Shown here: positions 54,801-64,000 of the stretch, piece after piece
How the letters are laid out: each line of letters begins with the position of its first letter
Position numbering within the stretch: the first letter of the stretch is position 1
Source: Octopus vulgaris
Taxonomy: Eukaryota
Direction: 5' to 3'
DNA length: 64,000 bases
Assembly: GCA_951406725.2 (NCBI GenBank)
Contig: OX597814.1
Location: 66,340,001 to 66,404,000, forward strand
Position numbers and translations under genes: made by a program
Notes under the pieces: model-generated
Database searches by the model: none
Seen by the model: only the letters and a program-made list of their open reading frames with translations
Told to the model about the DNA's origin: nothing

Positions 54801-57373
54801 TTCTATAATCCTTTATGCTGCATTTTGAAGGATTTTAGAATATATTTTTTATTGCTTTGTTATATCTTCTTTTTGTGTATGAATCTAAAAAAAAAAAACC
54901 TTTGTATTCTCCAGACCTGGTCATGTGACATGCCGTGTTGCTGATGAATTACCATGGCTGCTGAAAGAAAGTGGAGATATCGATGGCTTGAAGAAGTGTA
55001 TTCTTAACCTCTGTATCTTTCAGCGTCTCTATGCTCGGTGGGTTTTTCCATTTTTTTTTTCAAAAATTGTCCTTATTTGTTCTTTTAAATTTTTGTCCGT
55101 TTTCTATTATAACCATGAACTTTAAAGAAATTCCCATGTTAGGACTTTACATGTTAGTATTCATCAAATTTGGGTATTATATCAAATAGAGTTGGCTTTG
55201 TTTTTGAGAACCAATTAATATTTTATTTAGCCTTGAATACTCTTTGAACTATTCAAGACCTAAATGTTCTCCACTTCAATGTGAATTGTACATATTTTGT
55301 GTAATTGCTTCATGCTCTTTTCATATGATAATTCTGTTTCCATTGGGAATAAAAAATGCTCCTTCTCAAAATTAAATTCAGAGTTACTTGAAGCATTTTA
55401 AGAAGATAATGCTTTGGTTAATACTGCTTATTGTAATGTCTTTGACAAATGGTAGAATGGCATTAATGAATTATTTTAAGTGGTTTGATGATTACATTAG
55501 GATATTAGTATTGACTATGGCTAGATTTACTTTCCAGTTTTCATTGTTTAGTTTATGAAGAAAGAACCTACTAATCCTAGGTCAATGTGGACTGCAGTTC
55601 TGGTGATAAAAGATCATGTCAAGTGTTTAATAAAAGGCTGATGCAGTTTAAAACAGTAAGAATGACAGAATGAGGAGAGACAGTTGAATTGAGTGACACA
55701 CAGTTTGTGAGTTCAGAGGAGCAAGAATTGTTGTTGTAGTACTATATTCTTGAGTGAAGTTTTGGATACTTCTTGGTTGCTGCCTTTAATGGTTTTGTGT
55801 GGAGTGGCTCCAGCATTATCTTTAGTACAGACATAAAGTATTTTCTAGTCCTGAAAAGAAAACATAGCTTTTGCCATATTATAAATATGTTACCATACAA
55901 TATTATCTCATGTCCCACATTTGTACATATTGTGAAGGTTTCAGTTATGTGTGTGGTGACCATGTCATGCTCCTGTTGAACTAGACTTGATTCTGATCTA
56001 AATGATTGTGTACATGTTTGCAACACTTTTTCATTGGTCATTGTGTTGTGTTGTATTAAATAACACATGACTCAGCCTTTTTACTGTAGATGCATTGTTG
56101 ACCTACAGCTAAGTGTAGCACTGTTATGTCCTACTTAACATTTGTTTTCCTATTGTATACAGTTTCAAAGTTTACATTGATCAGTTACATTTTATTCAGT
56201 ATTTAATGGATTTTTTTTTTCATGGTGCTATTCTTTTGTCAAATGATGGGAGAGAAAAATTCCTTCTAGAATTGATGCATGTGTAATTGTTTGATTCTTT
56301 ATTTTATACTTAGAATAAATCGGTTTTAAATAATATATAATAATTACATAGCTGGGCTTCAATAGTCATTCATTTGGTTACATCTTATTTTGTAGTTAGC
56401 TTGTTAATGTTTGTAAATATTTATTAATGTTTGTAAATATTTGTATGTTAACTTATTAGAAATCGTTAAGTGCTGGAAGATATGCTATATATTTTATGCT
56501 CAAATTTTCTTCAAGAGCCCATCAGAAAAGTGTCAGGCATATTGTTTGGGTGATGTTTTGCTATCCCTGTGCAAATTTGACTAATATAAGAAATTATTGT
56601 AAAATAGAGTTAATGATGTTTATTTATAGATAATTTGCAATTAAAGCTTCTATGTACACCCTGTTATTTATCTACAGTAAACAGACATTGCAATCTATTT
56701 AATACAAATCAACAAGGGGATGAGCCTCTACAAGATTGTTTCACCTGATAAAAATATCAGCCAAATTCTCTTGAAAGCACATGCTACTGTCTTTAAAAGG
56801 AAGGGCTATCTAGGTTAATGTGATCCTAGACACATCATGTTTGAGAAAAATAGATAGAATGTTTTTGACTGGAATTCTTTTGATTTTAAATCTGTTTAAC
56901 TAGGGCTGAACAACACAACAGCAAAGTAATTTAACTATGATTACACAATCTAAAATGACAACCATTACTTCAAGAACCATTCACAAGACTAATTTACCCA
57001 ACTCATTCTGATTTCCAGCACGAAAGCCAATACATGAAATGTCCACTATAAGTTACTCAAATCAGTCCTGATTAATAGAACCTATGGTCAAAGATATTCC
57101 ATTATTTACCATCTAAACATTTTGCCAGATGTAATGCATCAAGGACTACATTAGTTAATTAATTCTTCTAATATTACTTATAGAGTGAGATTTGGAGAAC
57201 ATTCGACTACTGTTTCAAGAAAGTTGGATAATAATCTAGAAGCTTCCTTGTTACTTACTCAGAATTCACAATTGTTTGTTAATGTTATTTTACCAACTAC
57301 CATGTCTTAAAAACTATCATCTTTAACATTGTATTATTTTGCTTTGAAACCAAAATGAAATGAGCACAGAAAT

Positions 57374-57430
<57 letters not shown>

Positions 57431-57581
57431 CCATACAAGTACAATTATCAGTGAATGTTTTTTTTTCTGTTTGTTTCCTCCAGAGGTCGCTGTGCAGAGC
57501 TTATTAGCCATTGGCAGTTAATAGGAGCAGACAAAACCAGCATGGCTCAAGAATATTTAGTCCAAACAAAACATATGGAAG
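14046..57581 (+). CDS. NPHP3: Nephrocystin-3, multi-exon, 3'-incomplete (myristoylation signal, coiled coil, NACHT/STAND-like NTPase; TPRs beyond window)
   Basis: 19 exons joined by GT-AG introns in matching phases (2704 nt). The translation matches recalled vertebrate NPHP3 motifs in order: [90 protein letters not shown]. Confidence 0.96.
14868..14939 (+). ncRNA. Rearranged hammerhead remnant
   Basis: Stem I TTCAC/GTGAA, CTGAAGG, 16-bp hairpin 14888-14903/14913-14928, GAAA-CAGCTA-TA. Confidence 0.55.
17470..17617 (+). CDS. NPHP3: NPHP3 coding exon 2
   Basis: ttccag|[24 protein letters not shown]...GLESV-G|gtaaat, phase 0 to 1. Confidence 0.93.
18349..18495 (+). CDS. NPHP3: NPHP3 coding exon 3
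   Basis: ttgcag|..[34 protein letters not shown]|gtcagt, phase 1 to 1. Confidence 0.93.
19144..20286 (-). mobile_element. Non-autonomous Helitron-like element
   Basis: 5' TC end at 20286 after acagacagacaga..ttatatata; decayed 3' end with hairpin cctggaaaagcaggg; internal ~50-bp direct repeat (19571-19622 vs 20134-20184). Confidence 0.5.
20506..20885 (-). mobile_element. RTE 3'-UTR-derived repeat with (CAT)n tail; related copies near 15670-16020, 21330-21530, 28540-28785 and 58505-59020
   Basis: Shared motif ttccatgctagcatgggttggac..ggatgcccttcctaacgccaaccac and internal gtgccaccggcac repeats. Confidence 0.8.
20940..21320. mobile_element. Foldback PLE pseudo-LTR with two hammerhead motifs
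   Basis: Inverted arms 20940-21062 and 21129-21251; (TA)n at the left edge. Confidence 0.75.
21152..21212 (+). ncRNA. Hammerhead motif (mirror copy at 20979-21039, minus strand)
   Basis: GATAA-CUGAAGA-GATG..CATC(C)-GAAA-CTCAGAG-UU-TTATC. Confidence 0.7.
21545..22332 (+). mobile_element. RTE LINE 3' fragment, older copy of the same family
   Basis: Aligns to 47150-48137 with stops; (GAT)n tail. Confidence 0.85.
22543..22676 (+). CDS. NPHP3: NPHP3 coding exon 4
   Basis: cattag|[17 protein letters not shown]|gtaaat, phase 1 to 0. Confidence 0.92.
24287..24385 (+). CDS. NPHP3: NPHP3 coding exon 5
   Basis: ttgcag|[17 protein letters not shown]|gtttgt; an alternative in-frame donor gtgagc exists at 24368. 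Confidence 0.85.
25035..25120 (+). CDS. NPHP3: NPHP3 coding exon 6
   Basis: tgacag|[29 protein letters not shown]|gtaaca; supplies the phase 0 to 2 bridge needed between exons 5 and 7. Confidence 0.8.
26131..26208 (+). CDS. NPHP3: NPHP3 coding exon 7
   Basis: tttcag|[25 protein letters not shown]|gtaagt, phase 2 to 2. Confidence 0.82.
26948..27171 (+). mobile_element. Young short tRNA-derived SINE
   Basis: A box TGGCCCAGTGG, B-box-like GTTTCGATTCC, CpGs intact, A-rich tail. Confidence 0.8.
27777..27903 (+). CDS. NPHP3: NPHP3 coding exon 8
   Basis: tttcag|[24 protein letters not shown]|gtaagc, phase 2 to 0. Confidence 0.88.
28903..29076 (+). CDS. NPHP3: NPHP3 coding exon 9
   Basis: acacag|[24 protein letters not shown]|gtaaat. 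Confidence 0.93.
29468..29677. repeat. Compound trinucleotide microsatellite (GCT)n(ACT)n(AAT)n(GAT)n
   Basis: Read directly from the sequence. Confidence 0.95.
30750..30788 (-). ncRNA. Degenerate short hammerhead remnant
   Basis: TATA-CTGATGA-AATTCAATAAGACT-AAAA-CCTG-TC-CATA; most departures from a canonical motif are transitions. Confidence 0.4.
31154..31257 (+). CDS. NPHP3: NPHP3 coding exon 10 (Walker A)
   Basis: tttcag|[26 protein letters not shown]|gtaaat. Confidence 0.94.
31363..31580. repeat. Palindromic element (~100-bp arms, 12-nt loop) carrying variant hammerhead motifs
   Basis: Arms 31363-31466 and 31479-31580 are near-perfect reverse complements. Confidence 0.85.
33184..33430 (-). 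mobile_element. tRNA-derived SINE with 12-bp TSD
   Basis: TSD AAGAACTCCTGG at 33172-33183 and 33431-33442; head TGGCTTAGTGGTTAGG..GATTCC. Confidence 0.85.
33707..33821 (+). CDS. NPHP3: NPHP3 coding exon 11
   Basis: ttgtag|[19 protein letters not shown]|gtattt. Confidence 0.92.
35204..35347 (+). CDS. NPHP3: NPHP3 coding exon 12 (Walker [10 protein letters not shown])
   Basis: ccacag|[21 protein letters not shown]|gtaagt. Confidence 0.94.
36391..36488 (+). CDS. NPHP3: NPHP3 coding exon 13
   Basis: ctcaag|[23 protein letters not shown]|gtaaga. Confidence 0.93.
37232..37417 (+). CDS. NPHP3: NPHP3 coding exon 14
   Basis: ttctag|[17 protein letters not shown]|gtaagt. Confidence 0.93.
38520..41260 (+). 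mobile_element. hAT transposon, Buster/Charlie/SPIN-type, full length, transposase disrupted
   Basis: 16-bp TIR CAGTGGTTCCCAAACT at both ends; perfect 8-bp TSD CTCCAGCC (38512-38519 and 41261-41268); subterminal GTGGGTC repeats. Confidence 0.95.
39242..41137 (+). pseudogene. hAT (ZBED8/SCAND3-like) transposase pseudogene
   Basis: BED finger ([15 protein letters not shown]), [23 protein letters not shown] and C-terminal dimerisation segment; stops at 39452 and 40878 plus frameshifts. Confidence 0.93.
43525..43666 (+). CDS. NPHP3: NPHP3 coding exon 15
   Basis: tctcag|[19 protein letters not shown]|gtaatt. Confidence 0.92.
44428..45170 (-). mobile_element. RTE/BovB-like LINE 3' fragment
   Basis: Minus strand FKYLG.., [20 protein letters not shown]; (TTAC)n tail. 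Confidence 0.75.
46199..46695 (+). mobile_element. RTE LINE 3' end inserted in a mariner-like MITE
   Basis: [25 protein letters not shown]; CpG-rich 3' UTR; (GAT)n tail. Confidence 0.85.
47070..48137 (+). mobile_element. RTE-clade LINE 3' fragment
   Basis: FHYLGDQ, HGSETW, LRWYGH and [11 protein letters not shown], stop at 47680-47682, then 3' UTR and (GAT)n tail. Confidence 0.9.
48180..50715 (-). mobile_element. 5'-truncated Penelope-like element with very long AT-rich 3' region and terminal hammerhead
   Basis: ORF tail [33 protein letters not shown] (50715-50557) resembles the CxLCxxE..NxxxE..CxH end of PLE endonuclease domains; hammerhead at 48371-48478; (TA)n on both flanks. Confidence 0.7.
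48371..48478 (-). ncRNA. Type I minimal hammerhead ribozyme, apparently intact
   Basis: CT-CUGAAGA-GGC..(long stem II)..GCC-GAAA-CAGCUG-UC-AG. Confidence 0.85.
50844..51008 (+). CDS. NPHP3: NPHP3 coding exon 16
   Basis: catcag|[23 protein letters not shown]|gtcagt. Confidence 0.93.
52133..52177 (+). ncRNA. Degenerate hammerhead remnant
   Basis: CTGAAGA-AGGC..GCT-GAAA; stems I and III eroded. Confidence 0.4.
52497..52600 (+). CDS. NPHP3: NPHP3 coding exon 17
   Basis: ttaaag|[19 protein letters not shown]|gtaaga. Confidence 0.88.
54915..55037 (+). CDS. NPHP3: NPHP3 coding exon 18
   Basis: ctccag|[23 protein letters not shown]|gtgggt. Confidence 0.93.
57378..57427. repeat. (CA)n microsatellite just upstream of exon 19
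   Basis: Read directly from the sequence. Confidence 0.95.
57484..57581 (+). CDS. NPHP3: NPHP3 coding exon 19 (last one found in window)
   Basis: ctccag|[27 protein letters not shown]|gtatta. Confidence 0.9.
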
Positions 57582-59034
57582 GTATTATAATCCAAACACA
57601 AGTCTATACACACATGCACGTGCATATGCATACAGTCTCTGTAATATGATTGATATTCAGTTTAATCTTTTAGTCAACAAGTGCAAAAGAGAATGGATGA
57701 GGATTAAATATCATGAAATATATATCCATGATAGTATCTTGCAGTCATCCTTGTCTATAGATAAAAGCAGTTACAGATTAGGATTGAGAGTTTAAATGTC
57801 ACCTGATATTTTAGACAGTGACAATATGATCTATGATTTCAGTGTCCATACACCAGAAAAGCCTTCCTTAATGGAGTTGAAGGGTTAAAATGACAAGTTG
57901 AAATACATTCTCTCTTTTTCTATTTAGAAATGTAACTGAATGATGTGAAAATTTTCTGCTGGACAGAGGTTGCAGTGTCATAAGCCATTTCTAAACTCTG
58001 CTATGCTGTCCAAAATTGTCTGTTTAATGTTCCTTCATATCACAGTTTCCAAGTAATTTTTGTCTATCAACAAGGATGTCTCTTTGTGGTCGTTTGCCTT
58101 GCCAGAAAAAGCAGCCAAATCTACCCTGACTCACAGTTAAACCTTCAAAAATATAGACAATTTAAAAAATATAGTCCTAGATACACTATACAAAATAACA
58201 CAAGATAGTCATGATTGATCATAGGGCTAGTTGATGTTAACTAACCAAAGTTTAAGATACAAAAGGTTTCATGAATTATCCTCTTGCAGAAAAATTTCCC
58301 ATCACTTTGCTACTCACTCTAAATTCTAAAGCAAAATCTGAATAGATTTCAGTGTACAAGTACTTGCTCAAATTCTTTCTCATTGGAAAGAATTAACAAA
58401 GATGCTTCTAATTGTGTCTGATACAATGAATGCCAAGTGTTGTTCATAGGCCGTATGACCATATACATATGTGTGTGTGTGTGTGTGTATGTGTGTATAT
58501 ATATCATCATCATCATCATCGTTTAATGTCCGTTTTCCATGCTAGCATGGGTTGGACAGTTCGACCGGGGTCTGGAAAGCCAGGAGGCTGCACCAGGCTC
58601 CAGTCTGATCAGTGTTTCTACAGCTGGATGCCCTTCCCAACGCCAACCACTCCGTGAGTGTAGTGGGTGCTTTTTACATGCCACCAGCACAGGTGCCAGG
58701 GTAGGCTGGCAACGACCATGATCGGTTGGTGCTTTTTACGTGCCACCGGCACGGAAGTCAGTCAAAGCGGCACTGGCATCAGCCATGTACAGATGGTGCC
58801 TTCTAAGTGCCATCGGCACGGAAGCCAGTCAAGGCGTAGCTGGCTTCGACCATGTACAAATGGTGCATTTTACATGCCACCGGCACAGGTATCACAACTA
58901 TAATTTCCATTTGACTTTTTGATGTTGATGTTGATGGTGATGTACTTGACTCAATAGGTCTCCTCAAGCACAGCAGGTCACCCTACAATCCAATGTAAGT
59001 ACAGCAGGCCGTCCTGCAATCCATGTAGATATAT

Positions 59035-60658
59035 ATATATTATCCAAATTTTATAGTATTAAGTATTCATCACAACTGGTCTTACCAATTGCTTTCATGT
59101 AAAAAATACAATGGAGTGTTAAATGGAGGTAACAATCCAATTATATAAATATGCTCATCAGAGATAGCCAACATGGAAAGGAATATGGTGACTGCTCTCC
59201 ACTGCCTGAGGTGGATTAGCACAACAGGTCAGTGTTTGCTGTAAAAAGGTGGTGAAAAGTGGTCCAGACAATTTGACTAGGAGTTATGTCCCTTGGTTAG
59301 GTATTTTGTGAAGCCAGCAAGTGATATCTTGAAGTGGGGGGAAGTTTGTATTAATAATGTGGTGTCTCTGTGGGGATGGGGGGTGTGGTATGTGTAGCGG
59401 TGTCATATGTATTAATTTTTCTGGTGAGGTGTATATATATATATATATAGCGTTGTGTTCATTGTTCTGTTTTCTTTCTGTAAAAGATAAAACTGGGGTT
59501 TGCTGAGTAATGTGTGTGTTTGGGGTCTGTTTATATTATGGGGGTACAATTAGTGTGAGGAGGTATGTGGTGGGGGATAGTTATATGCGGGGTGTGCATA
59601 TGTGTACATGGGTGCATTGGTATGTGTTTTGGCCAAACTCTTTTTGCTGGGCCCAAGACCATTGGTGGAAGGTTGTTTGCAGAAGGTTGAGGCAGGGGAC
59701 CTATGATTGCAGTCATGGTGGGTCATGCAGGTACAATAGAATGTACTTTCTTTCATGCAAACAAGGAGTAAACACTTCACTCCTGCTATTGAGGTGAACA
59801 TCCGGGTGTTGGGTTCCTTTTAAAATCGCTGTCTTCTCAGCCAGGCATAATCTGCACTTCTTGTTACTATTGAAGTATGACCAGGTGTTTACCTCTATAG
59901 CAAGGGATGAGGTGTTTAATCCTTGTTTGCATGCAAGAAAGTACATTCTATCATACCTGCATGACCCACCATAACTGCAACCACAGGTCCTCTATCTCAA
60001 CCTTCCGCAAACGCACCCATGTACACATACGCACACCCTCATAAGGTGGACACTCCCAGCATATACCCCCTCACACAAATTGTACCCCCACAATATAAAC
60101 AGACCCCAAACACATTATTATACATTACACACCAGACACTAATATATAAAACCCCACTGCTTTATCCTTACAGAAAGTAAACAGAACAATGAACACAATA
60201 TATTTATATCTGCACCCCAGAATATTTCATACATTTGACACAGCTACACATACCACACACCCCATTCCTGCAGTGACACCACATTGTTAATACAAACTTT
60301 CCTTACTTCAAGATATCACTTTCTGGCTTCACAACATACCTAACCAAGGGACATAACTCCTAGTTAAATTCTCTGGACCATTTTTCATTTCACCACCTTT
60401 TTTACAGTAGACGCCAGCTGGTTGTGCTAACCCACCTCCGGTAGTGGAGAGCAGTCACCATATTCCCTTCCATGTCGGCTGTCTCTGAAGAGCATATTTA
60501 TATAATTGGATTGTTACCCAACACTTCATTGTATTTTTTGCGCAAAGCCAATTGGTAAGACCAGTTGTGATGGATACTTAATACTATAAAATTTGAATAA
60601 TATACTCACTCTACTAGCAGTTATATGAGCACTTCTTCTCCCTGACTTATGGTCTCAC
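59035..60658. mobile_element. Penelope-like element remnant in inverted (foldback) arrangement
   Basis: Arms about 59035-59800 and 59886-60605 are reverse complements; spacer and left arm encode KKCRLCLAEKTAIL..LNSRSEVFTPCLHERKY; each arm has a hammerhead-like motif. Confidence 0.8.
59079..59165 (-). ncRNA. Degenerate hammerhead (mirror copy at 60481-60561, plus strand)
   Basis: Consensus of the two arms: GTCT-CUGAUGA-GCGCA..TGCGC-GAAA-(C)CAATTGG-UA-AGAC. Confidence 0.6.
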
Positions 60659-60735
60659 ACACACACAAATATATATATATGTATGTGTGTGCACACATAC
60701 ACGTATATGAATGATGATGAAAAATGGTGTGCATA

Positions 60736-60803
<68 letters not shown>

Positions 60804-60804
<1 letters not shown>

Positions 60805-61393
60805 TAGCAGCTAAGCCTGGTTTCACCTGTTCAGTTTGGATGATGTGGTTGTAAAACCTGCTCTGTGTAAGCATTCAACTTGTTTGGGCATGTTTACATT
60901 AAAAAACAATTTTAGAATGACTTTTTTCTGTCAAAACGCTAAAAAATAACTGACCAACAACAACAAAAAAAAACAACCAAGATTCAACCAAATCAAAACA
61001 TAAACCCAAATACTAAATGAACAAAGAGGAGCCATCCCACTTCCATTACATGTGCACACACACATTCACCCCCTCTTACATACACACATATTCACACAGA
61101 GTTGAAATGCTGTTTGATTTATTTTTTCAGCATACAATTTTTATCATCCCACAACTAAGTATGACATCACCCCTTCCTTCCTTATTCATTTATCACCCCT
61201 TCCTTTCTCATTCATAAATGCAAGAGTATTATTATAGTAGATTATCTTGGTAACCATGGGAGCTATGAAAAAATACAAAGCCCATCGAATCATTCTACAC
61301 ATCTGTGTAATTTTTTGCGCAATTCCACCCGTCTGTTTCAGCATGAATCCCAAGACAAGAAAGAATTACCCATGTCAAATTTATATATATTGA
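60804..61393 (-). mobile_element. Non-autonomous Helitron
   Basis: Minus strand reads A|TC...CTAG|T with a CpG-decayed subterminal hairpin (gcctggtttcacctg), inserted in a (TA)n tract. Confidence 0.6.
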
Positions 61394-61885
61394 TAAATAT
61401 ATGTGTGTGTGTGTATCATATGTATAAATAATGTATAAGGAAAGGAAAAGAATATACAGTTGTAGACAATCTTCAATTCAAATCCAAGTTGGTACAAATC
61501 CAGTATAAATTCTACAAATTGTGTTGGAGCCTAATTTATTCCAAAAACAAAAATGAAGTTTGAAAAGTTTTCGTATATACATTTTCATTAACAGCTCTTT
61601 AATCAATATCTGGTGACTCAGTCATTCTATCGAAATAAAACATTTTCCATTTGAGTCGATGAATAAATTCAGTAGTTTTAATTGCTAGGTCTTTCAGAAA
61701 TTCCTTCTTACATGGAATATCCTTCATAAATACGTTTCCTTTCCTTGTACTTTATTGATTTTGCAAACACTGAATATATATTTTATATATATATTCTCTG
61801 CTTAGGCTCTACTGGTGGACTTGGGTGTTTGACATCCATTTGAAGGATTTCAATCCTCACCTCTTATATATATTTATATTTATAT

Positions 61886-62097
61886 TCTTATACTTGTTTC
61901 AGTCATTTGACTGCAGCCATGCTGGAGCACCACCTTTAGTCGAACAAATTGCCCCCAGGACTTATTCTTTGTAAGCCTAGTACTTATTCTATCGGTCTCT
62001 TTTGCCAAACTGCTCAGTTACGGGGACGTAAACACACCAGCATCGGTTGTCAAGCAATGGTGGGGGGACAAACACAGATACAAACAAACAAACACAT

Positions 62098-62164
<67 letters not shown>

Positions 62165-62354
62165 CATACATACATATATACATATATATATGATGGGCTT
62201 CTTTCAGTTTCCGTCTACCAAATCCACTCACAAGACTTTGGTCAACCTGAGGCTATAGTAGAAGACACTTGCCCAAAGTACCACGCAGTGGGACTGAATC
62301 CGGAACCATGTGGTTGGTAAGCAAGCTACTTACCACACAGTCATTCCTGCGCCT
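61886..62354 (-). mobile_element. tRNA-derived SINE, same family as 9575-9991
   Basis: Collinear alignment to 9575-9991. Confidence 0.85.
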
Positions 62355-62412
62355 AAAACAAATGTCAGCTATCACTGTGAGCAGGATTTGAACCTGCGAG
62401 GGCATTGCCCAA
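62355..62412 (-). pseudogene. 3' half of a tRNA-Ser copy including the genomic trailer
   Basis: Reverse complement GGGCAATGCCCTCGCAGGTTCAAATCCTGCTCACAGTGATAGCTGACATTTGTTTT aligns to about 3377-3432 with about 5 substitutions. Confidence 0.85.
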
Positions 62413-62454
62413 ATGTCAAAGATTAAGTAAATTGCAAAAAAAAATAATATTAAT

Positions 62455-62544
62455 ATCTTATATGTGTTTCGTGGCTATATTTAAGCAGTGGTTATAGTGG
62501 TAAAGAAATCACTTCGATATAAATATAGTCACTCATCAGGTTAA
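62455..62544 (-). ncRNA. Degenerate hammerhead at the 3' end of an A-rich PLE-like tract (about 62420-63200)
   Basis: CUGAUGA-GTGACTATATTTA..TAAATATAGCCAC-GAAA (12/13-bp stem II); stems I and III decayed. Confidence 0.65.
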
Positions 62545-62585
62545 AAATAAACTAGAATAATAAAATAATTAATTAAAAAATATAC

Positions 62586-62629
<44 letters not shown>

Positions 62630-63367
62630 ATACTAAATATACATAATTGAAAACTAAAACAATACTTAAATTATTAAATACTTTCAAATTAAATAAAATA
62701 CACAAAGCTTATACAAGTCATTAAATTGTAATCAAAATAAGAAATGGTTCAAATATAGACAAACTCCTTAAATAAGCTAACCATATAATCAATATACATG
62801 TGTAGTATCTATAGATTTAATATAATATAAGAATCTATAACAGAGTTGACTAAATATCAAATAATATAATACCAAATTAACTTAAAATTTAATATTATAA
62901 ATAAATAAGCCACCTAATAATTAAATAGTGAGAATAATATGTTAATGGAAAGTAATAAAACCTATCAACCCCAAAATTAAAGAAAAGTGCAAAAATATTA
63001 GAACCAACGAACACTACACTAAGAAGATGTACAATCACAATCAATAGTCCTATACAAAGCCAGTCAATAACAATAACAATAATAAACTATAAATAAATAA
63101 TAATATTAACAACAATAATAATAATAAGAAAAATAATAATATTTCAAAAACATAACGAAATAGAGAAACGATAAAATGTCAAACTTAGCTTTGTGAAGTG
63201 AAAGAGTAACTGATTTTTAAAGTAAAAAAGTTAAAGCGTTTATAAAATTTATCACGTGGAGACTTAAAGCATTTATAAAATTTATCATTGATATAAAAAA
63301 AAATTACCATTTCATTGAGTATTTATTCTATTTCTTTGCTCTAACTGTTTACTTTAAAAATCAGTCT

Positions 63368-64000
63368 TGGATGGTCAACTCTGAAACAACCGACGTAGAA
63401 CTGTCCATGTGAAAAGCATGACTTTCGAAAGTTCAATCCGACAACTTTCAGCGATTGAACTTGTGCTTTGTTAATTGTCATAGCGAAGCTGAGTTTGAGA
63501 GGGAACTGAAGTCATTGCATACGATAGAAGCAGTGTGTTGGGGTTAGCAGAATTTCCGGAATAAAATCGGTATCGTTTTTGTCATGTCCCGTAATAATTT
63601 GGGCTTCAGTGACATCATCCATCATTTGTTTGACCACAAGGCGATTTCTATTGCATAGTGTGGGTGCGTTTAGATTGCGTAGCAGAATGACAGGGCACCC
63701 GACTTTTAAGTGAAGTTAATGGGGAGGGAGTGTTGGAGGATGTTGGGAGCTGAGAAATTCTGTCGGAAAGTGTGTAACCTGATCGAGGTCGGTGACAGTG
63801 TCAACTTATCTGTAACAACGTTTTTGTAGTTGTCAATGTATCCATTGTCATCGGACATAATTTGTGCATTGCTGAGTTGAAGGAGCATTTTCGAAAACTG
63901 GGTTGTAGACTAACCAGTCTGTATGAGTGATGTCATGTTGATGGTGAGTTGTTTCAATTGGACATGTGACTAAAGGAGGGATTTTTTAAGGCAGATATTA
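63368..64000 (-). pseudogene. Helitron Rep/Hel PIF1-helicase C-terminal region, decayed, runs off window
   Basis: Minus-strand translation LKVGCPVILLRNLNAPTLCN..FIPEI..*LQFPLKLSFAMTINKAQVQSLKVVG..CFSHGQFYV, with upstream L*SHVQLKQLTINM..FSKMLLQL. Confidence 0.9.

Noticed and set aside
61425-61760. Short inverted repeat plus a hammerhead-like segment at about 61683-61730(-)
   Set aside because: The first core box and stem I are too degraded to call, although a PLE origin is plausible
57900-64000. Search for the next NPHP3 exon (expected ADLYETLGRFL-like)
   Set aside because: The candidate acceptor near 57927 gives an immediate stop in the required phase; no supported exon was found, so the gene continues beyond the window

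Overview
AT-rich, repeat-dense animal genomic DNA. The SINE/LINE families resemble those of octopus, so it is probably a coleoid cephalopod (inference). The main feature is the 5' portion of a + strand nephrocystin-3 (NPHP3) gene: 19 phase-consistent GT-AG coding exons from 14046 to 57581 (about 901 codons), with the TPR C-terminus outside the window and a probable promoter near 7 kb. An intact tRNA-Ser(CGA) gene lies upstream. The introns hold a full-length but broken hAT/Buster transposon, Helitron pieces, RTE and CRE-like LINE fragments, MITEs and many SINEs. The most striking unannotated signal is about 11 minimal type I hammerhead-ribozyme motifs from several unrelated Penelope-like-element (PLE) families. 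Many sit in long foldback inverted repeats, one looks intact, and one family has a G3:C8-swapped core. All calls were made by eye; no search or folding software was run.
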